Virus record (IMG/VR): IMGVR_UViG_3300037484_001167
Coordinates: 1 to 62,011 of that record
DNA from: a virus
Lineage: Duplodnaviria; Caudoviricetes
DNA: 62,011 nt
Strand: one strand, 5' to 3'
Shown here: positions 9,018 to 15,796 of the stretch, one piece after another
Layout of the letters: the number at the start of each line of letters is the position of its first letter
Position numbering within the stretch: position 1 is the stretch's first letter
Translations under genes and position numbers: made by a program
The notes under the pieces: generated by a model
What the model was told of the DNA's origin: nothing
Seen by the model: the letters and a program-made list of their open reading frames with translations, nothing else
Databases searched by the model: none

Positions 9018-9749
9018 ATGATCCGTTTTACGACAGAGGCTCCACCGTGCCTTCTTCCCGAGCTCCGTCCTCTCACCGACCTCGACTTCGCGCTTGCACA
9101 CAAGGTTCTTACGGACTCCGTATACACGGAGTTCTACGCGAACCGACCCGTCGGCCGCGAACTCATCCTCGACAACTCCGTCCACGAGCTCGGTGAACCT
9201 CTGCTTTCAGCGGACCTGCTTCGTGCGTCAAAGCTCGTACACGCGGACTTCGTCATCGCGCCCGATCGCATCGATGATCCGGAGTGGACGCTCGAGCAAT
9301 ACACACTGCTCCGCCGGACTGCATACACGACGGACGCAGAGGTCGTCGGCGTCCTCTGTGGAGACACGCCCGAGATTCGAAGTCGTCTCCTCGACGTGAT
9401 GTGGTGGTCGGACATGCTCTGTCTTCCGTATCGCAAGCCCCGACTCGAGTGGTGGGAGGAACTCCCACGCCTACGAAGTAGGATCCACCTCCTCGGAGTC
9501 TCGACGCTCGACGAGCTTCGCTCGTGGACGCAGATCGCCCGCGATTACCCGGACACGGAGTTCTCCATCGACACCGCGAAGCCGATCAAGGCCGCGCTGC
9601 TCGGTCGACGCTTCGACGACGGCTCGTCCCTCCGCAGTCTCTTCCCGCAACGTGAGTTCCTCGAGCTCCAGAGTATGACGTTCGAGCAAGAGAGGCTTGC
9701 CCGAGAGAACATCATCTCTCTTCTCCACATTCTCCGAGGGGAGGACTAG
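9018..9749 (+). CDS. TGT/DpdA-like TIM-barrel (putative 7-deazaguanine transglycosylase)
   Basis: ILDNSVHE, IAPD, IHLLG, SIDT motifs resemble the catalytic Asp motifs of the TGT fold; que pathway present in the same genome. Confidence 0.6.
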   Translation: MIRFTTEAPPCLLPELRPLTDLDFALAHKVLTDSVYTEFYANRPVGRELILDNSVHELGEPLLSADLLRASKLVHADFVIAPDRIDDPEWTLEQYTLLRRTAYTTDAEVVGVLCGDTPEIRSRLLDVMWWSDMLCLPYRKPRLEWWEELPRLRSRIHLLGVSTLDELRSWTQIARDYPDTEFSIDTAKPIKAALLGRRFDDGSSLRSLFPQREFLELQSMTFEQERLARENIISLLHILRGED

Positions 9750-9753
9750 CTCC

Positions 9754-10134
9754 ATGCGTGGACGACCCCAGACCTTCATCGACTGGCCGAGCATCGCGAA
9801 GCGCCTACGCTACAAGTCGGAGACAGAGATGTGGGTACGCCTGTACTCCGATCGGCAAATGACAATCTTCGAACTCGCAGGGAAGTTCGGGGTTGCGCCG
9901 CGCGTCGTCCGTAAAGCCCTGATCCGGACAGGCGTGCCCATTCGTAGACCCGGAGGCCCGCGAAAGCGGAGCATCGCATTCTCGGAGGCGCAGATCGCGC
10001 AGATTCGAGCCGAGGGGCTCAAGCAGGCAGCGCAGAGGCTGGGCATGCATCGACGCACGCTCGAGCAGAAGCTCCACGCATCGGAGGACTACTTCGAGAC
10101 GGTCCGCGAGCTCGAAGCGAAGCACCAGCGGTAA
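9754..10134 (+). CDS. Helix-turn-helix DNA-binding protein
   Basis: TIFELAGKFGVAPRVVRKAL and LKQAAQRLGMHRRTL HTH patterns; paralog of 48181..48516. Confidence 0.7.
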   Translation: MRGRPQTFIDWPSIAKRLRYKSETEMWVRLYSDRQMTIFELAGKFGVAPRVVRKALIRTGVPIRRPGGPRKRSIAFSEAQIAQIRAEGLKQAAQRLGMHRRTLEQKLHASEDYFETVRELEAKHQR

Positions 10135-10154
10135 AAGCGGACGAACAGCACCCA

Positions 10155-10415
10155 TCACCCGATCTTGCTGAGGGCGGTCCAGTCGGCGAACGCCTCGTCG
10201 ATGTCGTCGCCCTTCGGCAGGGGCGTCGTCGGAACGTCGCTCGGTGCGTACTCGTGCCCTTCGGGCCAGACGATCATAGCACCGACGACGTGCTCGACGT
10301 AGCAGAAGGGGCAGTCGCTCTCGAAGATGTTCGTGTTGAACTTCCGCCCGCACTGCCTGCACTTCACGACGAAGCGCCAGCGCGGGGGCGCAGGGGTTCC
10401 CAGGTCCAGCATCAC
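10155..10415 (-). CDS. Small zinc-finger protein
   Basis: CRQC...CPFC. Confidence 0.6.
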   Translation of the reverse strand: MMLDLGTPAPPRWRFVVKCRQCGRKFNTNIFESDCPFCYVEHVVGAMIVWPEGHEYAPSDVPTTPLPKGDDIDEAFADWTALSKIG

Positions 10416-10654
10416 TTCCTCCTCTCCGGCGGTTGGGTGTCATTCGGGCCACCGTTCCTCGCCGGCAGTATTACAAAATCCACGTCCTGTTGGGTAAAGG
10501 CGTAGGCTCGACGGAATGTCGCTTCAAGCTCTTGCGCCGTCGCTTCCATGAGCAGTGCTTCGGTGTGTTCGCGATCGATGACCCCCTGGCACACAGGGCA
10601 CTCGCGGAAGCGGCGTTGGTGGTAGTGGGTCGAGACAACGTCGCGGCTCATCAA
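10412..10654 (-). CDS. Hypothetical small protein (CPVC)
   Basis: Translationally coupled to neighbours via overlapping stop/start. Confidence 0.5.
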   Translation of the reverse strand: MMSRDVVSTHYHQRRFRECPVCQGVIDREHTEALLMEATAQELEATFRRAYAFTQQDVDFVILPARNGGPNDTQPPERRK

Positions 10655-10700
10655 GAGCTCTCGGTGTGGTTGAACTCCATGTCATCATCCTCCCTTCGAC

Positions 10701-10759
10701 CTGAACGGTCCGCGGTAGCCCATCCGCGCGGTGCGGACGAGCTGTCGTCGACCCTTCAG
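10701..10759 (-). ncRNA. Conserved stem motif B, copy 1 (putative RNA processing site)
   Basis: Minus strand CUGAA-G-GGUC-GA...CG-GACC-G-UUCAG; begins at upstream stop codon and ends just before GGAGG SD. Confidence 0.65.
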
Positions 10760-11133
10760 CGCTTTCTCCGAATCACTACGAAGTAAGACGTCCCGACACA
10801 CTGTTCCCCTGGACCGAACACCGACAGTGTCCCAGCGTAGATGCCTGGTTCGAGGTCCGTGCCGACGGGCTCCGACCAGCCGGGAACCGGCGGCAGAAGC
10901 GTCGTGTGGAAACCTCCAGGTCCCACAACCTCGAGCACGGCGAAGTCGTCCAGCGACTCCCAGAACGTCGTCACGTAGACAGTGTCTCCGACGACGTGCC
11001 AGATCAGTGTGGACGACTCGCAGGTCCACGGCGTCTGTGGTGGACGCATGCTTCGGGGTGTTCCGACCAACACGTTCGCGCTCGAGGACACAGCGAATGC
11101 CATGAGCGCGAGCAACGTCAGCGCCTTCTTCAT
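10756..11133 (-). CDS. Secreted hypothetical protein
   Basis: MKKALTLLALMAFAVSSSA Sec signal peptide; AAGGAG SD. Confidence 0.75.
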   Translation of the reverse strand: MKKALTLLALMAFAVSSSANVLVGTPRSMRPPQTPWTCESSTLIWHVVGDTVYVTTFWESLDDFAVLEVVGPGGFHTTLLPPVPGWSEPVGTDLEPGIYAGTLSVFGPGEQCVGTSYFVVIRRKR

Positions 11134-11147
11134 CTCTTTCTCCTTCT

Positions 11148-11208
11148 CTGACGGTCCGCAGTGGGGTTCGAGGCTTCGCCTCCTCGAGCCCTACCGTCTG
11201 ACCTTCAG
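11148..11208 (-). ncRNA. Conserved stem motif B, copy 2
   Basis: Minus strand CUGA-A-GGUC-AGA-CGGU...ACUG-CG-GACC-G-UCAG; spans stop codon to SD. Confidence 0.65.
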
Positions 11209-11417
11209 TCGATGTCCTCCTCGAAGTCTCCTTCCTCCCTCACACGTGCGGACGTCTCGGTCCGCTTGCGCCAGGCAACCGTCTTGAACCCCTTCACGAG
11301 GAGCGCGAAGGCCTTCTCAGGTCCCCCGATCTTCTTGAAGTGGTCCTTCGACGCAGCTTCGAGGGTCTTGTACGGGAACGTGATCGGCTTCGCCGCCTTC
11401 GTATCGTCAGCGGGCAT
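11205..11417 (-). CDS. Hypothetical small protein (MPADDTK...)
   Basis: GAGGAAGG SD; typical codon usage. Confidence 0.65.
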   Translation of the reverse strand: MPADDTKAAKPITFPYKTLEAASKDHFKKIGGPEKAFALLVKGFKTVAWRKRTETSARVREEGDFEEDID

Positions 11418-11589
11418 AGGCCTTCCTCCTCGTCTCGTCGTCGCGGCAGGCCCTGCAGACCCGGATCTCCTGAACGGTCTCCGTGCCCACACCGCCGTTG
11501 TCGTAGTGCCTCACGCGGGTCTCCACGACGCGGAGGAACGTGCGTTCCCGCCGCGCAGAGAGCTTCCCGCAGCTTTCGCAGCGGATCAT
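11407..11589 (-). CDS. Small zinc-finger protein
   Basis: CESC...CRAC; start directly downstream of twister 1. Confidence 0.65.
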   Translation of the reverse strand: MIRCESCGKLSARRERTFLRVVETRVRHYDNGGVGTETVQEIRVCRACRDDETRRKAYAR

Positions 11590-11608
11590 CTTCCCTCTCT
11601 TTCTCCGC

Positions 11609-11663
11609 AGGCAGGACTTGGGACCTGCCTTGTGGTTTACAGCCCTTTCGGGCTGCCCTCACC
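11609..11663 (-). ncRNA. Twister ribozyme (permuted, type-P5-like), copy 1
   Basis: GGU GAGGG CAGCCC-GAAA-GGGCUG U^AA ACC AC A AGGCAG-GUCCCAAGUC-CUGCCU; predicted cut between 11639 and 11638. Confidence 0.88.
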
Positions 11664-11850
11664 CCCTACGAAGCGTTTGCTCGCGGTCGAGCACGACAGC
11701 CAACGCAGATTCGAGGTCCGCGGTCATCTCGCCTAGCGTCTTTGCGAGGACCGTGTCACCCTTGAACTCCGGTGCCCTTTGAATGAACTGGGCTACCACC
11801 CAGCTCAGTCCTTCCGTCCCGTACTTGCGGACGAAGTCCTCCGGCGTCAT
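11659..11850 (-). CDS. Hypothetical small protein (MTPEDFVRK...)
   Basis: AAGGAGG SD after twister 2; its stop codon is the UGA of twister 1 GG-UGA-GGG. Confidence 0.7.
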   Translation of the reverse strand: MTPEDFVRKYGTEGLSWVVAQFIQRAPEFKGDTVLAKTLGEMTADLESALAVVLDREQTLRRG

Positions 11851-11862
11851 CTGTCCTCCTTC

Positions 11863-11926
11863 GTCCGAGACTTGGGACTCGGACTGTGGTTTACGGCCTG
11901 GGCCTGAGCCCAGGCACGCCCTCACC
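11863..11926 (-). ncRNA. Twister ribozyme, copy 2
   Basis: GGUGAGGG [CG(U)GCCUGGGC/GCCCAGGCCG] U^AAACCACA GUCCGA-GUCCCAAGUC-UCGGAC; cut 11893/11892. Confidence 0.88.
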
Positions 11927-12131
11927 GCACGACCTCGATGGTGACCTTCAGCTCCTGCGCGTTCTCCGCGAACGGCCTGGGGATGTAGAACTGCGCGTGC
12001 CGCATCGTCTTCGCGATGTCCTCGGGCACGCAGCCCTGGCCCTCCCCGACGTTCTCGATCGTCGAGACCGCGAACTTGACCGAGTGCTTCTTCGGGTCGG
12101 GGTCGGTCATCGTGAACGTGATCTTCTCCAT
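11922..12131 (-). CDS. Hypothetical small protein (MEKITFTMTD...)
   Basis: GGAGG SD after motif B copy 3; its stop codon is the UGA inside twister 2. Confidence 0.7.
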   Translation of the reverse strand: MEKITFTMTDPDPKKHSVKFAVSTIENVGEGQGCVPEDIAKTMRHAQFYIPRPFAENAQELKVTIEVVR

Positions 12132-12148
12132 CTGTTTCTCCCTCCGGT

Positions 12149-12252
12149 TTGACGGTCCGTGGTGGGCTCCCGCTTTTCCCGGCTCTTCCTCGAGGCTCGC
12201 CCGCCTCTGAGGCGCTCGGGGCATCAGCGCCGAACCTACCATCGACCTTCAA
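12149..12252 (-). ncRNA. Conserved stem motif B, copy 3 (with branched insert)
   Basis: Minus strand UUGA-A-GGUC-GA-UGGU...ACCA-CG-GACC-G-UCAA; directly follows twister 3. Confidence 0.65.
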
Positions 12253-12254
12253 CA

Positions 12255-12321
12255 CTCGAGACTTGGGACTCGAGCTGTGGTTTAACGCGTACGGGTTGGC
12301 TTGCCGTACGCGTCCCTCACC
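12255..12321 (-). ncRNA. Twister ribozyme, copy 3
   Basis: GGUGAGGG [ACGCGUACGG/CCGUACGCGU] U^AAACCACAG CUCGA-GUCCCAAGUC-UCGAG; cut 12284/12283. Confidence 0.88.
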
Positions 12322-12353
12322 TTCCCGCGTTCCCGCGAGTGGTCCGACTCGAC

Positions 12354-12548
12354 CTAGCCGAGCTTCAGGCCCAGCTTCGCGGCCTCGGCGAGCACCTGCT
12401 TGCGCTGCTCGCCCTTGGCCTTGTTCCGGGCCGACTGCTTCGCCTTGAACTCCGGGGTCTGGCGCCGGGCCTTCTGGGCCACGCGCTTCGCCTCGATCTT
12501 CGCGAACTCGGCACGCACCTCGGCCTCGGTCAGCTTCTTCGGGCTCAT
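12354..12548 (-). CDS. Small Lys/Ala-rich basic helical protein
   Basis: GGAGG SD after twister 4; similar to 51113..51493. Confidence 0.75.
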   Translation of the reverse strand: MSPKKLTEAEVRAEFAKIEAKRVAQKARRQTPEFKAKQSARNKAKGEQRKQVLAEAAKLGLKLG

Positions 12549-12569
12549 CGTTCTCTCCCTCCGCGTTGT

Positions 12570-12625
12570 GGACGGGCTTGGGACCGTCCGTGCGGTTTAC
12601 AGGGGCTCACACCCCTGCCCTCACC
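12570..12625 (-). ncRNA. Twister ribozyme, copy 4 (covarying T2)
   Basis: GGUGAGGG [CAGGGG/CCCCUG] U^AAACC GC AC GGACG-GUCCCAA GC C-CGUCC; the AC/GU pseudoknot of the other copies is replaced by GC/GC; cut 12599/12598. Confidence 0.9.
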
Positions 12626-12629
12626 TTCC

Positions 12630-12905
12630 TCAGAACGTCACCGCCACCGGCTCGTTCTCGTTCACGAGCTCGATCGTCGCGTCGTCGTAGTCGTACGCGA
12701 CGTTCTTCGCGATCCGGCGGACCCACTCGTAGGACGCGCCGTAGCGCGCCGCGAGCGTCTTGACCGTCGTGCCGTGCACGAACGCGTAGCGGATCTCCTG
12801 CGTGAGCTGCCGGAGCGAGCTCGCGTTGCGGCTGCGGTCCTCGAGGTCGTGCGCCGTCAGGCTGAGCTCGACCACGCCGTCGCTGTTCGTGTTCTCGATC
12901 GTCAT
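12630..12905 (-). CDS. Small HTH-like protein
   Basis: TVKTLAARYGASYEWVRRIAK HTH pattern; AAGGAG SD after twister 5. Confidence 0.7.
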   Translation of the reverse strand: MTIENTNSDGVVELSLTAHDLEDRSRNASSLRQLTQEIRYAFVHGTTVKTLAARYGASYEWVRRIAKNVAYDYDDATIELVNENEPVAVTF

Positions 12906-12920
12906 TTTCTCTTCTCCTTT

Positions 12921-12977
12921 GCGCGGACTTGGGACCGCGCGTGTGGTTTAGATGCGGCGGAGCCGCACCCCCTCGCC
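12921..12977 (-). ncRNA. Twister ribozyme, copy 5 (A-C mismatch in P2)
   Basis: GGCGAGGG [GGUGCGGC/GCCGCAUC] U^AAACCACAC GCGCG-GUCCCAAGUC-CGCGC; cut 12950/12949. Confidence 0.8.
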
Positions 12978-12992
12978 TTCCTACTTCGCTTC

Positions 12993-13211
12993 CTACTCGT
13001 TCGAGTGACGGCCGCTGTGACCGAGCGGCTTCGTGCAGCGGTCGTTCGTCCAACCTGAACCGCACGGCTCCGCATCGCGGACATCGTAGTACCGCACCGG
13101 CTCGAGACCGCGCCCCGGCACCGTGGCGACGCCCTGGACGAGGACGACCTTCACCGTACGGCCCTCGGCCCTGAGCTCCTTCGCTCTCTTGAATGCCTCG
13201 TGCTTCGTCAT
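12993..13211 (-). CDS. Hypothetical small protein (C..C..H..H tail)
   Basis: GAGGAGG SD right after twister 6. Confidence 0.7.
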   Translation of the reverse strand: MTKHEAFKRAKELRAEGRTVKVVLVQGVATVPGRGLEPVRYYDVRDAEPCGSGWTNDRCTKPLGHSGRHSNE

Positions 13212-13223
13212 GTCTTCCTCCTC

Positions 13224-13318
13224 GTCCAGACTTGGGACTGGACATGTGGTTTACGGCGGCGTCGTATGCTGTCTGTGTCTGCAGTTCGAGCTCGCTCTCG
13301 GCGCTCGCCGCCCTCACC
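13224..13318 (-). ncRNA. Twister ribozyme, copy 6 (large loop on P1)
   Basis: GGUGAGGG [CGGCG...CGCCG] U^AAACCACAU GUCCA-GUCCCAAGUC-UGGAC; cut 13253/13252. Confidence 0.82.
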
Positions 13319-13785
13319 AAACCTCCCCGGCTCTCGCCGAGGGGTGAAGACGACTAGGAGAATGATGAATGCTGTTCGTCTGCTCCGCGGGGTTCTGCGC
13401 GCTTGCGCTTTAATTGCTTTTCCCCGCCTCGCTGATGCTCCGGCGATCCGCTCGGGCCCCACCCTCGTCTAGCCGCGGTCCTGAACCCCGCGCCTGCATG
13501 GTCGGCAACCTCTGGTTTATCGCCTGTGCTCTGCTGTGCTCAGCCCCGCTCGCGCGGGACTCGCGGCTTACCGGGCTCTGCCCTCGGCCGCTCTTCGGTT
13601 CGGGGGACCTCGGCCAGCCTCTCATCGGGCGCTGCTCTGGTTCGTTCCCGTCCCTGCTGCCCTTCGCTCGGGTTCCGGCTGCCGGCTGGGCTCTTGCTGG
13701 CTGCCCTTCTTTCCTGCTGCCCTTCTCTCTACTTCCAATATCCGCCGTTCCGAAAAATCCGCCCGGGGGGCCAACGCTTTTCTTG

Positions 13786-13939
13786 TAAGACGTTGAAAAC
13801 AAAGGGGTTAGCCGAACAGGAAAAAGCTGGGCATAAAAGTTATCCCGACGTCGGTCACCTAATCGATGAGGGACAGGTCCTATGGAAGTCATTGAAAACA
13901 AAGGACTTAGCCGGGTGGCCGTTTAGAATCAACGACTTA
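13786..13939. repeat. Three 25-bp imperfect palindromes TAAGwCrTTGAwwmyAAAsG..TTA
   Basis: 13786-13810 TAAGACGTTGAAAACAAAGGGGTTA; 13885-13909 GAAGTCATTGAAAACAAAGGACTTA; inverted partial copy 13915-13939. Confidence 0.75.
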
Positions 13940-14117
13940 CGAGGACGTGGCGGTCCAAAGAGAGGAAAGCGGCCGAGCGAGTCCCAGCTCGTCCGAGGCG
14001 AAGTCGGCCACCGGTCACGCCTTCGGTAAGAGGGCAGGTGCTTTGACCTGTTTAGCCGAGCGAGGGCCCGGTCAGCCTGCGTACCTCTTTTCAGGAAAGG
14101 AGGACCCCCGACGTCCC

Positions 14118-14147
14118 TTGCAGACGTCCTACCCTTTGTGGTATAAT
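14118..14147 (+). promoter_or_regulatory. Sigma70-type promoter with GACGTC boxes
   Basis: TTGCAG-N18-TATAAT with extended TG; GACGTC palindromes on both sides of the -35. Confidence 0.7.
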
Positions 14148-14194
14148 ACAGCAGGTGGGGCGGCTTGGCCGCCAGGAAGGAAGAACGCGGGAAC

Positions 14195-14434
14195 ATGGCA
14201 ACGAGGACCAAGATCCAAGGTCCATTCCGGTCGCTCAGCGAGAGGCACGACCTCGCGAAGGCCCTCGAGCACGAGGGCGAGCACCGCCTTGCCCGAGCAG
14301 TCAGGAACGAGCTGTGTCTCGCCGACGCAGATCGCTCGCGGGCAGTACACGCCCTCGAAGCGAGCGGCCTGCAGCGGCACGTCGACTTCCGGGAAGAGCG
14401 GTGTGCTACGCACACCTATGAAAGGGAGTGGTAA
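14195..14434 (+). CDS. Hypothetical protein (MATRTKIQ...)
   Basis: First ORF downstream of the promoter; coupled to the next gene. Confidence 0.55.
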   Translation: MATRTKIQGPFRSLSERHDLAKALEHEGEHRLARAVRNELCLADADRSRAVHALEASGLQRHVDFREERCATHTYEREW

Positions 14435-14616
14435 TGAGCGGCGTGAAGTCGGCTACAGACGCAGTGAAGTTCCTCGCGGACCAATCCATCAAGGTCGCAA
14501 AGGTCGCCGCGGACCTCGACAGCACACAGCCGGGCTCGGCAATGCAGCGGGCGCTCATCCAGAGGTCCCAGATCATGATGGACTGTGCGAAGATGATCGC
14601 GGAGTGGAACCGGTGA
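14434..14616 (+). CDS. Hypothetical protein
   Basis: TAATG stop/start overlap, GGGAG SD. Confidence 0.55.
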   Translation: MSGVKSATDAVKFLADQSIKVAKVAADLDSTQPGSAMQRALIQRSQIMMDCAKMIAEWNR

Positions 14617-14860
14617 GCGACGACGACGCCGCACGCGAAGAACTCGTCCGTGCACTCCTTACGGAGGAGAAACGGCGAGCGAAGCGACAGGCCTACCGCG
14701 CGGACGAAGAACGGCGCTGGGACAAGATCGCGCGCGATCCGAAGGCGTACTTCACGAAGCGCCGAGACTGGGAAGAAGCGATACCCAAGGCAAAGCGCTT
14801 CGGCTGGGACCTGTCGATCGTGCCCGACCTGAATAGGACCGGGTAGGAAAGGGAGGAACG

Positions 14861-15178
14861 ATGACTCCGTTCGAAGCACTGTTCGTTGTCACCGCGTACG
14901 CCGTCGGCTGCGATGTGCGGCCGGCGCACCCGACTCGAGCAGGCACACAGCCCGTCGCCGGCTTCACGATCGCAGCGGACCCCGCCGTCCTGCCCATCGG
15001 CTCGATCATCTACATCGAGGGCTTGGGCGAGCGCATGGTCCACGACGTCGGAGGGAAGGTTCGTGGAAACCACGTCGACGTCTTCATGAACAGCTGTCAC
15101 GAAGCAAGGACCTTCGGGCGGCAGAAACGGCGAGCCCACGTGGTTCATAGACCTGCGCAGCAAGGACTACGGAACTAG
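14861..15178 (+). CDS. 3D-domain (MltA-like) cell-wall protein
   Basis: VTAY...IAADPAVLPIGS..YIEGLGER.VHDVGG..RGNHVDVFM. Confidence 0.85.
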   Translation: MTPFEALFVVTAYAVGCDVRPAHPTRAGTQPVAGFTIAADPAVLPIGSIIYIEGLGERMVHDVGGKVRGNHVDVFMNSCHEARTFGRQKRRAHVVHRPAQQGLRN

Positions 15179-15796
15179 AACGCCCGTCTTAGCACGGAAG
15201 CCGCAGACGTAGTAGTCCGTCAGCAGGAGATCGTTCGCACCTGCGCAGAACACCCAGATCCTGAGGTTCTTCTGGAGCGTGAAGTCCATGTCACCGCCGG
15301 CCAGCGCGGCGGCGGTGAGCTTCCACACCGTGAGACCAACAGGCGCGGGCGCGTTCCACTGGTTGAAAACGCCTGTGACGACTGCAGTCGTGGACGTGCG
15401 TCGGCGCAGCAGCAGCCGGAAGGTGAGTCTGGTCGTTACCTCCGCACCCGTCCACACGGTCGCGAGAGGTGAAGTACCGATGGAGAAGTACACGTTCTTC
15501 GCCGTCGCCGCCCCCGACATCACGAAGAGCCCGGAGATCAGTAGCCCGTCGCCCGCGACGTTGAGGTAGCCCGCGGGGATGATGACCGCGTAGCTCGTCA
15601 GCTCCACGAAGGCGCCGGTCACGGCACCGTTGCCTTGACCCGCACTGAACCCGAACGCGGACCGCTGGACGCGCGGCGCTCCCTCGTCGTCGATGTTCGT
15701 TTTCAAGACGAGGACGTTGTCGCGGATGTGGACGTTCTTGAGAGCCGCGGTGACCAGCTCGCCGTGGACCCAGACGCGCGGCGCCGTCCAGCTCAT
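15167..15796 (-). CDS. Minor tail/fibre protein, paralog 3
   Basis: W..PRVWV.GELVTA...N.H.RDN...LKTNIDD.G N-terminus shared with two upstream genes. Confidence 0.7.
   Translation of the reverse strand: MSWTAPRVWVHGELVTAALKNVHIRDNVLVLKTNIDDEGAPRVQRSAFGFSAGQGNGAVTGAFVELTSYAVIIPAGYLNVAGDGLLISGLFVMSGAATAKNVYFSIGTSPLATVWTGAEVTTRLTFRLLLRRRTSTTAVVTGVFNQWNAPAPVGLTVWKLTAAALAGGDMDFTLQKNLRIWVFCAGANDLLLTDYYVCGFRAKTGVLVP

Noticed and set aside
12170-12240. Hammerhead ribozyme inside motif B copy 3
   Set aside because: CUGAUG is followed by C, not A, and there is no correctly placed GAAA/UH core on either strand.
11609-13318. CRISPR array or simple repeated DNA promoters/operators
   Set aside because: Spacing is irregular (250-390 nt) and the intervals are ORFs. 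Conserved blocks are interleaved with variable but base-paired stems and a compensatory pseudoknot change, which indicates RNA structure. No cas operon is present.
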